Shown in pieces: positions 26,724-35,856 of a stretch of 64,000 nt of DNA. A program made the translations under genes and the position numbers. The notes beneath the pieces were generated by a model that saw only the letters and a list, made by a program, of their open reading frames with translations, was not told the origin of the DNA and searched no databases. The stretch lies in assembly GCA_038883655.1 (NCBI GenBank), contig JAVZLQ010000003.1, forward strand, positions 183,099 to 247,098, written 5' to 3'. The first letter of the stretch is position 1. Every line of letters starts with the position of its first letter. The DNA is from Candidatus Bathyarchaeia archaeon. GTDB taxonomy: Archaea > Thermoproteota > Bathyarchaeia > Bathyarchaeales > Bathycorpusculaceae.

Positions 26724-27749
26724 TTAGTCGAATGTTTTGGCAATAGAATTGAACAAATCTATGTGCGCTTGAACGTAGTGATCCACATTATACTTCCTAG
26801 CATATTCATTTGCTCGCTCATATGTTTGCTTAGAAAAATGCTGCCACAGATTGATATCGTTCTTTAGCGAACGTATTATTTCGACTAGTTGCTCGCTTGA
26901 TCCTTTGGCAAAAGAGAACCCGCCGAGAAGATTAGTGTTCTCTCTAACACCAATGAGGCTAGAGGCTATTGGCACACATCCGTACAATGCGCCTTCAACC
27001 AAAACGAGACCATACGCCTCCGTTGTGTTCAACGATGGAAGGCACACAACATGCGCTTGTTCATATAATCTCTGTAATCTATAATCATCCACATTCTCTT
27101 CAAACATCACATTTCTCAAATGTAAGCGTTCAACCATGTGCTTAAATTTAGCCTTGAGTGGGCCTTCCCCAACCAGAACAAAATTGACATCCCTTAACTC
27201 ATAAGCAGCCTTAATAAGTATGTTTATTCCTTTGAATGCACGAAACTGACCAACAAAAATAACAGTAAATTGCTTTTCATGTCGATCATGCAAATCATAT
27301 TCTTTAGGCAAACTTAACGTAACAGGAGGACGGACAACTTTAACATTTGCCGCCGAAAACAAGTTGGCATATTCTATAGAATGGACAACAATTGCTCGCG
27401 CCCTTTTACAAGCTAAAAATCTATGAAAGCGCGTATACAACTGCGATATACGCTCAGACATCCAGCAGATTTCAGCGTGATGCGTGTATACTATGGCATT
27501 GCCCTTAGTAAGCAAACACACATCTGAAAGGAAAGGAGTTGGACCATGTATATGAACAACATCATAACCCTCATGTTTCTTGAAAGGAATAAAGTTGGGC
27601 TTGAACTCTCCGACCCTGCGTTTCGGAGATTCAACGTCAACATGCCAACCACGCTTACGTAAACCATCAATAAGCACGTCTACAAGCCGGGCAATTCCAC
27701 CCTTATATGGGGGAACATCCGTTGCTATTTCTAGAACATTAAGTGTCAT
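26724..27749 (-). CDS. Glycosyltransferase family 4 (GT-B)
   Basis: N-terminus PPYKGGIARLV, C-terminal EAYGLVLVEGALYGCVPIAS (E-x7-E-like). ATG 27749 or TTG 27755, either one within 4 nt of the radical-SAM stop. Confidence 0.8.
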   Translation of the reverse strand: MTLNVLEIATDVPPYKGGIARLVDVLIDGLRKRGWHVDVESPKRRVGEFKPNFIPFKKHEGYDVVHIHGPTPFLSDVCLLTKGNAIVYTHHAEICWMSERISQLYTRFHRFLACKRARAIVVHSIEYANLFSAANVKVVRPPVTLSLPKEYDLHDRHEKQFTVIFVGQFRAFKGINILIKAAYELRDVNFVLVGEGPLKAKFKHMVERLHLRNVMFEENVDDYRLQRLYEQAHVVCLPSLNTTEAYGLVLVEGALYGCVPIASSLIGVRENTNLLGGFSFAKGSSEQLVEIIRSLKNDINLWQHFSKQTYERANEYARKYNVDHYVQAHIDLFNSIAKTFD

Positions 27750-27751
27750 TT

Positions 27752-28825
27752 TCAAGGCCTAATCAAACTTGTCGGGTGAACCAAGATTGAAGGATATGCC
27801 TCACAGGGAGTCCAACAAAGCCTACATCCCTTAATCTCATTCCTTAATTTCACAGCAGCCGCAGACCTCAACAAAGCATGTATATCGTAGTTAAAATCAC
27901 GGAGGTTACCGATTTTTTTGTCCAAAATGATACACGGATACACATCTCCATAAGGATTCAAAAACAACGAATTATATAACGCCACACAACTCAGTGGCAC
28001 ATGTTCCTCTAACATGTACTTCTGCGCGAGTTTTAGATAAGTTTTTGAAACCAACGCTAACGGAGACTTACTACGCACAGAACGCAATCCGGCGGAAAGA
28101 TCCTCTAAAGCTTTGTCTTTAAATGTGTTACCACTCACTTGTTGATTTGAATCTAAATTATCATATAGATTTCCAGTGTGGTAGATGGTCACCGTTACAT
28201 TTTCCAGAAGCCAACGCAAATCTTTTCTTGCTAATTCGTCAAATAACAATGTTAGAGAACCAGCATTAAATGGAGTAGCAGTATATTCGAACCCTACAGA
28301 TAAATTGTTAAATTCCTTACTGAGCGCATGCAACATTTCAATTGTTTTAACAGCTTTACTAAAGGCTCCATTAATTCCACGCATGTTATCATGCACTTCT
28401 GGAGGCCCATCTAAGCTTACGTTTATAAAGGTAAGCGGCACATCAGCATCAAGCACTTTATAGACGTTTTTTTCTATTAAACACGTATCAAGACCGTTGG
28501 TTGTCAAATTAAGCATTTTGGGATTACAGTTTTCTTTAATTAAATTTGCTATGTCTCCGAGATCATTTCTGAGAAATGGTTCTCCTCCCGTGATGCTGAT
28601 CCACGCTAGTTTTTGAAATTTCTGGAATATAAGGGCTATTTCCTCTACCTTTAGTTCCTTGCTTACTAGCCATGGTTTATCAACATAACGTCTCCACGCG
28701 TTGCACATTTTGCAATGAGAGTTACATTTATAGGTAACAGCGAAATTTAATTTAAAAATCTCGCCCCTTAAATATGAAACAAGTATTTCTGTAAATGAAC
28801 GAAATGCTTCAGTCAGTCTAATCAT
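27752..28825 (-). CDS. Radical SAM protein with C-terminal SPASM/twitch-like Cys domain
   Basis: CNSHCKMC (Cx3Cx2C) near the N-terminus, plus GGEPFL. C-terminal Cys set: CVALYNSLFLNPYGDVYPCIILD...GCRLCWTPCEAY. Confidence 0.8.
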   Translation of the reverse strand: MIRLTEAFRSFTEILVSYLRGEIFKLNFAVTYKCNSHCKMCNAWRRYVDKPWLVSKELKVEEIALIFQKFQKLAWISITGGEPFLRNDLGDIANLIKENCNPKMLNLTTNGLDTCLIEKNVYKVLDADVPLTFINVSLDGPPEVHDNMRGINGAFSKAVKTIEMLHALSKEFNNLSVGFEYTATPFNAGSLTLLFDELARKDLRWLLENVTVTIYHTGNLYDNLDSNQQVSGNTFKDKALEDLSAGLRSVRSKSPLALVSKTYLKLAQKYMLEEHVPLSCVALYNSLFLNPYGDVYPCIILDKKIGNLRDFNYDIHALLRSAAAVKLRNEIKGCRLCWTPCEAYPSILVHPTSLIRP

Positions 28826-28915
28826 ATGGTCACTGCTTTAGATTATACTACTTGCTTATTAAAATTTAGCACGAACATTCCTTTACAAGACTCTTCAGTA
28901 AACATCAACCTAGAG

Positions 28916-29734
28916 CTAAAGCATAGTCCTATGAAGAACAACTTTTGCAAGTATGTAAGAGATGAATTGTTTAATTTCGTTGAACGCCAGTTTTGATTTG
29001 CCTCTCTTACGGTTTACAAATATTATTGGAACCTCACCTAATCTAAATCCCCTAATGTTCGCCTGTCTTACCGTTTCTATCTGTATCTCGTAGGTCTGGC
29101 TGTGCAGATCATCGATTATGCCCTTGACAAGCTTTGTAGAGTAGCACCGAAAACCACTTGTGTAGTCGTAGATCCCAGCCTTTACAACAATTGCCGCAAC
29201 GAAATTAGCAACCTTACTTATCACTCGGCGGATCATACTCCAGTCTACAGTCCCACCGCCGCTACGATACCGGCTGCCAATAACCAGATCATAACCCCTA
29301 TGAAAAGCTGCAACCAAACGCGGGATATCATTTGGATTATGAGAATAATCCGCATCCATAGTTATAATGCACTTGGGAGCGTTAGGCAGAGACAGAAATA
29401 TCCGAAAACCATCGGTTATAGCCGTTCCAAGCCCCAGCTTCTGCGGTCTCACATATAACAAAACGTTTTCATACTTCTCTTGTAAATCTCTAACAATGTT
29501 GGCTGTTCCATCTGGGCTTGAGTCGTCTATGACTAAAATGGAGACATTAAGGTTTAAACTTTCAATTTCTTCGATTAGGTTTTTAATATTAGGGGCTTCA
29601 CAGTACGTCGGAAGGACAACACCCACATCAGAGGCTACACTCAAATCTCCTTCAACATTCTCTATTGAATTCACGTTAACTGAGTAACACTCCTTAACGT
29701 TCATTTTATGTCTCATCGCCAGAATGGTCTTCAT
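28916..29734 (-). CDS. Dolichyl/polyprenyl-phosphate mannose (hexose) synthase-like GT2
   Basis: VVLPTYCEAPNI, LVIDDSSPDGT, MDADYSH and GSRY are typical of DPM1/GtrB-like GT2. The start may be one of the downstream Met codons. Confidence 0.8.
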   Translation of the reverse strand: MKTILAMRHKMNVKECYSVNVNSIENVEGDLSVASDVGVVLPTYCEAPNIKNLIEEIESLNLNVSILVIDDSSPDGTANIVRDLQEKYENVLLYVRPQKLGLGTAITDGFRIFLSLPNAPKCIITMDADYSHNPNDIPRLVAAFHRGYDLVIGSRYRSGGGTVDWSMIRRVISKVANFVAAIVVKAGIYDYTSGFRCYSTKLVKGIIDDLHSQTYEIQIETVRQANIRGFRLGEVPIIFVNRKRGKSKLAFNEIKQFISYILAKVVLHRTML

Positions 29735-29790
29735 TTAAGACGGCGTTCTGTATATAAATCTATCACCAAAAACGGCATTCACGCGCTTGT

Positions 29791-30837
29791 TTAGCACAGC
29801 CGCAGTTTCCTTTTGTAATAACCCAGTGGGTGGCGTATTGTTTTGCAAATCTCGTCAGGGTTTACGCATACTCCATGTGTTTGTAGCGTTTCACATTTTG
29901 GCGGGGTGTAGCGTGTTCTCGAGCCTCTTTCGCCGGCAATATGTTCAACTTGGTATTGAGTCATTCTTTCGTTGAAGTCGGAGAAGTTTCTGAATAAGTC
30001 GATTACGTTTTCGGTTGGCATGCCGACGTTTATCAGGAAGGATGTTAGAGTGAACCTTCCTACATGCGATAAGTGGCGCCCAACAGTGACGGATTCGTAG
30101 AGGGATTTAATGCATGGAGGAAAAGCTTCATTAACAATTGTTTTTGGTAGACCTTCGATTTCTGCTTCGCCTATTTTTTCGATGGATAATTTTCTTATTT
30201 TCTCGGCTATTTCAACAATTTCTATTGGAAACTTTAGTTTATCCTTAACCTCTAGTCGTTTCTCAACATATCTGCGAACCTCTTCGCTTAACAGCCTCGC
30301 GGTTTCGCCCCGCGTAATAAAGACACTTCCCTTAGATAACAAGCGGTTTACGAGTTTCCATTTTTTGTCCCGCAAGTGAATGGTGTTTCTTAAGTAATCG
30401 GCGAAGTTTAAACTAAATTCATATGGTGCAAAGGCAATGTTGTCGATTGGAGATATTTTCCACCCGAAATTTTGAGCAACAGCAAGAAGCTTTTCTCTTG
30501 ATTCGACTTTGAGGTCATTAAAAACCTTTTTTGCTTCTGCAAGGGCGTATCTTTTTTTAATGAAGGAGTTTTCTGTTGCTATTGCCAGAATTATTGCCGT
30601 TGGGAAGGATAAGATTTCTATATCTTCGTTTCGCGAGTCTCCACTAACAATAGCATATAAAACCGCTTCTTCGAGTCTCCCTTGCGCACGTTTGAGAACT
30701 GCATTGAACTGGGGGTCAACTAGTTCTTCAACTTTAAAATCTAGTTCTTTCACGTATTTGCCTGCTTCTTTTAAGAAGGGGTATTTTGCCAAATCATTTT
30801 TTGTGAATTTTGTTGTGGATTGCATTTGTTTGTTCAC
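29791..30837 (-). CDS. priL: DNA primase large subunit PriL
   Basis: FPPCIKSLYESV..GRHLSHVGRFTLTSFLINVG and C-terminal Fe-S cysteines (PPKCETLQTHGVCVNPDEIC). Confidence 0.88.
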   Translation of the reverse strand: MNKQMQSTTKFTKNDLAKYPFLKEAGKYVKELDFKVEELVDPQFNAVLKRAQGRLEEAVLYAIVSGDSRNEDIEILSFPTAIILAIATENSFIKKRYALAEAKKVFNDLKVESREKLLAVAQNFGWKISPIDNIAFAPYEFSLNFADYLRNTIHLRDKKWKLVNRLLSKGSVFITRGETARLLSEEVRRYVEKRLEVKDKLKFPIEIVEIAEKIRKLSIEKIGEAEIEGLPKTIVNEAFPPCIKSLYESVTVGRHLSHVGRFTLTSFLINVGMPTENVIDLFRNFSDFNERMTQYQVEHIAGERGSRTRYTPPKCETLQTHGVCVNPDEICKTIRHPLGYYKRKLRLC

Positions 30838-30838
30838 G

Positions 30839-31594
30839 TTATTCTGTTTCGATTCTTGGCGCCAGATAAAATACTAGTTTGCCTTCTTTTGCTTGTTGAA
30901 AGTCGAGTTTGATGGGCATGTCTTTTGAAAATTCTAATGTCACAACTTCTGATGTCGCGGATGCGGCCTTTATAATTTCGGAAAGGTAGCTTAGGCTGAA
31001 GGTTGCCTTTGATGGTTCTTTAACTTCTAAATCTAGAAGTGCGTCGCTTCCCTTTTGCAGTGTTATTGTGGCGCCCATTAGGTCTCCAGAAGCATTAAAA
31101 ACTAGTTTTTCGCTGTCCGCTTCTATGCGCACATGGTCGCTCACGAGCTGAGCGTCTTCTATTGCTTGGCTTAAGCCGTCGGTTGTCGTTTTGGCTTTTA
31201 CGTTGAAGGTTAGTTTTGGCGTTGGAACTTCCTCTTCAGAAGCCTCCAGTGTCGGCATTGTAAAGTTTCTTGCATACTTGCCAGTTATCTTCACTTGTAA
31301 GCGCCCAGTTTTCTCGTCCGGAGAAAGCTCAACAACCTCGTCTTTGCTTGTTCTCTTTAGCAGTTTTAGCAGTTCGCCTATGTTTATGCACATTTTTGTT
31401 GGTTCCGTGCATTCGTACTCTTCGAAAACCGTTTTTGGCCATTCAAAGTCAACCATTGCAACGCGGGACGGGTCCATAGCCCTCAGCTTTAGGCCTTCTG
31501 GTTCGACTTTGAATGTTGCTTCGTCTACGAGTATGGATATGGCTGTTGCCATGTCCCGTAATAGTTTAGCATCTGAAACTTTGATTCTAAACAT
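30839..31594 (-). CDS. pcn: DNA polymerase sliding clamp PCNA
   Basis: 251 aa with a two-domain repeat pattern. N-terminus MFRIKVSDAKLLRDMATAISILVDEATFKVEPEGLKLRAMDPSRVAMV. Confidence 0.92.
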   Translation of the reverse strand: MFRIKVSDAKLLRDMATAISILVDEATFKVEPEGLKLRAMDPSRVAMVDFEWPKTVFEEYECTEPTKMCINIGELLKLLKRTSKDEVVELSPDEKTGRLQVKITGKYARNFTMPTLEASEEEVPTPKLTFNVKAKTTTDGLSQAIEDAQLVSDHVRIEADSEKLVFNASGDLMGATITLQKGSDALLDLEVKEPSKATFSLSYLSEIIKAASATSEVVTLEFSKDMPIKLDFQQAKEGKLVFYLAPRIETE

Positions 31595-31689
31595 GTTAAT
31601 CCCTTTTCTAATGGTATGTAGTTAGCAATAAAAGGCTTTACCATGCTCTTAAAACTTTGTTTGGAAACGGTGCAGCTTTTTCTTAGTAT

Positions 31690-32040
31690 TTAGCTATATT
31701 CTCTAAACGTGTAGCCGCATTTTGTGCAACGTAAAAATTGTGTTGAGGATTCGTCGGCGCCTCGTGTTTGTACTTGCCAAACGTAGGCTGTGTTATTTCC
31801 ACATTTTGGACATTCAATGCGTACTGTTGGCAACGTCCGCAGTTTCTGCTCTTCTTTTCCTATGACTGCTACAAGTTGCTGAGGTTTGTGTTCTATTACT
31901 TTTGCTACTTTCGGTTCAACCTTTTTTGGTGGAGCCTTCTTGTAACCGCACTTTGGGCAAGCCATTACAATTGACGATTCTTTTCCGCTTTTACTTTTCT
32001 TTGGTACCAGACGAGAACCACACTTGGGACAAAATTCCAT
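31690..32040 (-). CDS. tfs: Transcription elongation/cleavage factor TFS
   Basis: N-terminal Zn ribbon FCPKCG...CPKCG. C-terminal TFIIS-type ribbon CPKCGNNTAYVWQVQTRGADESSTQFLRCTKCG. Confidence 0.88.
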   Translation of the reverse strand: MEFCPKCGSRLVPKKSKSGKESSIVMACPKCGYKKAPPKKVEPKVAKVIEHKPQQLVAVIGKEEQKLRTLPTVRIECPKCGNNTAYVWQVQTRGADESSTQFLRCTKCGYTFREYS

Positions 32041-32121
32041 AGCCTTATTACTCCGCTTTCCGTCTGTTTTTCCTTAACGTGGCTCCTTTTAAACCTTTTC
32101 TTGCTTGAATAAGTATTAGGG

Positions 32122-32727
32122 TTAAACATTACTTATTCCAGATGCTATAAGGTGCGCCACACGTAAAGCCTCGGGAATATTGCTCTGCGTTGAAGTTAGC
32201 TGCAAAATTTTTTCAGCGTCTTCTTTTAATATGCCAGAAACTTGCATGTAGATTTTCTCGCTTTTGTTCCTTGTAGAAACTTCGTGTATTTCGCCAGCGT
32301 TTTGGATTGCTTTCCACCTTTTTTCACTTTTGGGCAGTTTTTTAAGCGCTTCACGGATTTCTTTGAAGCTTGGTTTTTCTTTGGTGACTGCTATTATTGG
32401 GAGGTTTGTTTTTTCAAAAAGCTCTTTTATGTCTATTACGTTAAAGCCTGCAAAGGTTATTCCGTTCAGCATTATGACTCTTAACTGTTTGTAGTGTGGC
32501 GAGTTAAGCACCATGCTTGATATTTTCTCGGTAGCGTCGAAACCGTCCACTTTAACCGTCGTATGCATGACTCCGTCAAGCCAGTATCCACCGCGAAAGA
32601 CAACACCCACAACTGGTACAAGTACCTTTTTATGGGGGATGAACACGCCGTCGTCCACGCCGAGCACACGAATTTCGGGTTTAATTACTCGGAACCGTTT
32701 GCAAAACAAGCTTCTCGCCAGTAACAC
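32122..32727 (-). CDS. UPF0215/DUF99 family protein (endonuclease V-like fold)
   Basis: IRVLGVDDGVF near the N-terminus. ~200 aa. GTG start. Confidence 0.6.
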   Translation of the reverse strand: MLLARSLFCKRFRVIKPEIRVLGVDDGVFIPHKKVLVPVVGVVFRGGYWLDGVMHTTVKVDGFDATEKISSMVLNSPHYKQLRVIMLNGITFAGFNVIDIKELFEKTNLPIIAVTKEKPSFKEIREALKKLPKSEKRWKAIQNAGEIHEVSTRNKSEKIYMQVSGILKEDAEKILQLTSTQSNIPEALRVAHLIASGISNV

Positions 32728-32769
32728 AGTATTGGATAAGGCATTATAAAGTTTAACTAGTAATATTGT

Positions 32770-33183
32770 ATGGAAGTGGGGAGTCTCGTGGAGAAAAAAA
32801 GCAGGATATTTCCGTTTGTCAGAACTTATAAGAGCCTAACAGAAGTTTTAACGGATCATAAGCTTGCATCGTTGGGTGACGTGTACGTGAACTTTGTTTA
32901 TGCGCTGGCGTTGTCAAATAAGAGGCGAGTGCCTTCTGGCGCGAAGGTTAAGGGAAGCATTCTTGCTGAAGCTATTAAGAAGGCAGCTCTGAGGGAGTTC
33001 TTGCCATCGAGAATGGAGCGACATCTACTTGCAGATGCAGCTGAAGCGTTGATAGTTTATGCTTGGCTTCATAATTTTGTAGTGTTAGAAGAAAGCGTCT
33101 CCATCCTAGAGAAGTTCGATGATCCGGTGGAAGGATTTAGCCATTTGCTGATGGAAATAAAGAACAGAATTAGGTTTTCTTAA
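32770..33183 (+). CDS. Small RNase III-like domain protein (putative)
   Basis: HKLASLGDVYVNFVY compares with the RNase III signature ERLEFLGD. LADAAEALIVYAW compares with sDvfEAliGA. Three of the four acidic positions are retained. 137 aa. Confidence 0.35.
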   Translation: MEVGSLVEKKSRIFPFVRTYKSLTEVLTDHKLASLGDVYVNFVYALALSNKRRVPSGAKVKGSILAEAIKKAALREFLPSRMERHLLADAAEALIVYAWLHNFVVLEESVSILEKFDDPVEGFSHLLMEIKNRIRFS

Positions 33184-33454
33184 GGGCTTTCTCCAGTTCA
33201 ACTTTAAACTCTTTATTTATGTTGCGTGCCCTTTCTATAGCTTTTAACAGAGCTTCTTCTGGCTTTACCTTTCCTTTTGTGCGAATATATATTACTGGGT
33301 TTGATGCTAGTGGATGTGGTATGTCATAGCCAGCCAAATCTACATTTTCATCTTCTGATAGTATTTTCTGTAGCATGTTGCACAGCGTATGTCCGATGCC
33401 TTCAACCTCGATTTTAAGCTCGTTTGAAGTGCCCTTTAAGACTTTGATTTTCAA
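33170..33454 (-). CDS. rpoL: RNA polymerase subunit L (Rpo11)
   Basis: ELKIEVEGIGHTLCNMLQKIL...AGYDIPHPL. 94 aa. Confidence 0.88.
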   Translation of the reverse strand: MKIKVLKGTSNELKIEVEGIGHTLCNMLQKILSEDENVDLAGYDIPHPLASNPVIYIRTKGKVKPEEALLKAIERARNINKEFKVELEKALKKT

Positions 33455-34036
33455 TTAGACAACCCCTTTTCCATAATCTAAGGCTGTTTTGCGCTTTTCA
33501 ATTTTTCCACATTTAGGACAGCGCATTGCATTCCGCCATAATCCTAGCATAAAACCACACTGCGAACAGAAGGCGTAAATGACGCCTAAATTTCTGTCTT
33601 TGACGGATAAATGGTAAATCCTATTTTTGTCGCTTATGACTTTTGCTCTCATTATGTCGCCTGGCTTGCAAGCATCATACATCGATTCAACATAGCGCAT
33701 TTGAACATCAGACACGTGAAGAACGCCTGTGAAGAAACCAGAAAGCATTTTGCCTCCGACTTTAAAAATTCGTACAGCTGCATTTTCGTTTTGGACGCTT
33801 GCCACCTGCCCTAAAACTATGCTTCCAACGTTTGGCACTCTCGCGCCGTGTGCCAGCGGGTAAACTGAAACGCGCTTATTGAAAAAATCGAGTAGAGCTC
33901 TTCCAACAACTTTGGCGTATATAACTCCATCTTTAACGTATGTTCCAGCATCTGGAATGAACTCTTCAATAACACCCAGCCGTTCTCCGGGTAATACAAA
34001 TTTGCCGCTTTCTCGATTCTTATCATCAAAGCTCAT
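33455..34036 (-). CDS. csl4: Exosome RNA-binding subunit Csl4
   Basis: N-terminal PGERLGVIEEF, a central S1 domain and a C-terminal Zn ribbon CSQCG...CPKCG. Abuts rpoL. Confidence 0.85.
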   Translation of the reverse strand: MSFDDKNRESGKFVLPGERLGVIEEFIPDAGTYVKDGVIYAKVVGRALLDFFNKRVSVYPLAHGARVPNVGSIVLGQVASVQNENAAVRIFKVGGKMLSGFFTGVLHVSDVQMRYVESMYDACKPGDIMRAKVISDKNRIYHLSVKDRNLGVIYAFCSQCGFMLGLWRNAMRCPKCGKIEKRKTALDYGKGVV

Positions 34037-34145
34037 TTAAATTCCCTTTTTATTACTCCAAATTAAAGTTGCTTTGAAATATTGCGGACGTTAAACGTGA
34101 ACAGCACCAATGTAGTTTATCACACAAGTCAATAAACCTTTTGAT

Positions 34146-34844
34146 TCAGCGTTTCTCGATAACATATAAGTCCACCAAGAAACTATGCTTCTTTCTTGTG
34201 TGGAACGGAAACATGTACGGAATAGTCATCACCATAGAGTATACTGCAATTATCCTTCCGCCTGCGTTTTCAATGAAATCCTTAATAAATAAAGAAGGAG
34301 CTGCTGCAACAAAACCAGATGCCGATGTCTTCACTTTCTTCATGAAATTTTTATCCTTGCAAAGGCTTTTATGAAGCGAATATACCCTTCTGCCTATCGC
34401 TAAAGCTTTTTCCAGAAATTTTGTGTCAGCCTTGCGTTTCTGCACACCAAAAGGCGGATTTTGCAATACCGTGTCGAACTTTCCGCGAACAGCGTTTATG
34501 TCAGCATTAATCCATTGTACCCTATTTTTTAGTTTTAGCTTGACGGAGTTTTCGAAAGCCAACCTTATGGCTGTTTTGTCGATGTCTACGCCCACCACGT
34601 TTTTTGCTCCTAAAAATGCTGCTCCCAGAGCTAGTCGTCCAGTACCGCAACCTACATCCACAACCGTTTTGTTGACAATATCGTCGTAATTGTAGGCTGC
34701 CATGTAAAGCATTGTTGCTGCAACATCTACTGGAATTGTGTATTGTTCAAGGTTTGCTTTTGGGGATGGATGCTGCTGAATCTGGGATAGCAATAGTTCC
34801 AAGTCTAGTTTTCGAACCAGCCTCTTTTGCATAACTCTTCCCAA
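34146..34844 (-). CDS. METTL5-like N6-adenine RNA methyltransferase (COG2263-type)
   Basis: VVDVGCGTGRLALGAAFLGA, VGVDID and VLQNPPFG (NPPF). The start is uncertain because it overlaps the dph2 3' end. Confidence 0.7.
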   Translation of the reverse strand: MGRVMQKRLVRKLDLELLLSQIQQHPSPKANLEQYTIPVDVAATMLYMAAYNYDDIVNKTVVDVGCGTGRLALGAAFLGAKNVVGVDIDKTAIRLAFENSVKLKLKNRVQWINADINAVRGKFDTVLQNPPFGVQKRKADTKFLEKALAIGRRVYSLHKSLCKDKNFMKKVKTSASGFVAAAPSLFIKDFIENAGGRIIAVYSMVMTIPYMFPFHTRKKHSFLVDLYVIEKR

Positions 34845-35806
34845 GATAATTTGCCAACCACAACCAGCGCTTCGTTCACTGTTAACATTGGCTTTTTAAA
34901 TCCGGAAGCATCGTCAAGTGATATCCTTGGACATGCCGTGTTGACGTAGACGTCTATCGTTGGAAACTCCATTAACACTTCTGGAGTGACCTCCCTGACA
35001 GCAAAAAGGCATACGCTTTTGCCCTTCTCCTCAAGCTTCTGCTTTAGATCCACTGCTTTTTCAAACTGTTTTTGTCCCGGCTTCAAACCCACCAAAACAG
35101 CAATGTTTTTCGCTTGTTTGGCTTCTTCTATACTAGCCCACCGCTGCTTTACTACTTTCTCCGCATCCTTGTTGATGGAAAAAGCTGTTTTTTCGTATGG
35201 GTCTGCAGTTATCGTGGGTTTAGATGTTGAAAGGGCAACGCCTATTGCGTGGAAACGTCCGCCGCCCACAAAAAGGAAGGCTTCAACGTCTTTCGCTATT
35301 GACGTTGCATTGCTGTAGTTGCATCCAATCACTTGTCCAGGATAGTTTAGTTGTCCGGCATCGCCTACGATAACGGCTTTTCCAGCATGCAACAGCACAT
35401 CTTTAATGCTGTCAATTGCTTGTACATGCTGCACCGTTGTCGTTAACCCTACCTTGCACCACTTCTCAAGCAACGGCAAAGCTTTTTCTACGGTCTCTTC
35501 GACGCTCACAGTTGCCCTAGCCTCAACGTAAATTGTCGGAACCCGCTCATGTTTTAACATTCTAGAATGTCCATAATGAATTAGGAGGTCAGCGCCTAGA
35601 CTTTCCGCGTCAACCGTTGCCAAGTCGCATGCTCCATAACATGGGTCTGCGGAAATGATTGGCAATGCTCCAGCCTTTTCAATTACTTTTGCAAGTCGTG
35701 GAGCTTCTGGTTTTAGGCCTTCTGGAAGCTGAACCAAAACACGTTTCGCCCCGAGCCTTTGTATTTCCCGCTTTATTCTTTCCTCTTCAAGGTCAAAGAG
35801 TCTCAT
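34805..35806 (-). CDS. dph2: Diphthamide synthesis enzyme Dph2 (2-(3-amino-3-carboxypropyl)histidine synthase)
   Basis: RVLVQLPEGLK, SADPCYGACD and a three-domain length of 333 aa. Confidence 0.88.
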   Translation of the reverse strand: MRLFDLEEERIKREIQRLGAKRVLVQLPEGLKPEAPRLAKVIEKAGALPIISADPCYGACDLATVDAESLGADLLIHYGHSRMLKHERVPTIYVEARATVSVEETVEKALPLLEKWCKVGLTTTVQHVQAIDSIKDVLLHAGKAVIVGDAGQLNYPGQVIGCNYSNATSIAKDVEAFLFVGGGRFHAIGVALSTSKPTITADPYEKTAFSINKDAEKVVKQRWASIEEAKQAKNIAVLVGLKPGQKQFEKAVDLKQKLEEKGKSVCLFAVREVTPEVLMEFPTIDVYVNTACPRISLDDASGFKKPMLTVNEALVVVGKLSWEELCKRGWFEN

Positions 35807-35856
35807 TTAATCAGACCCTTAAACTTGAAAAACAAGGTTGAAGAGATCACCATCTC

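Noticed and set aside
21310-29734. AT-rich envelope island considered as an integrated mobile element or provirus.
   Set aside because: I could find no integrase, transposase, capsid or terminase-like genes, no flanking tRNA, and no direct repeats at the borders. The content is purely envelope biosynthesis.
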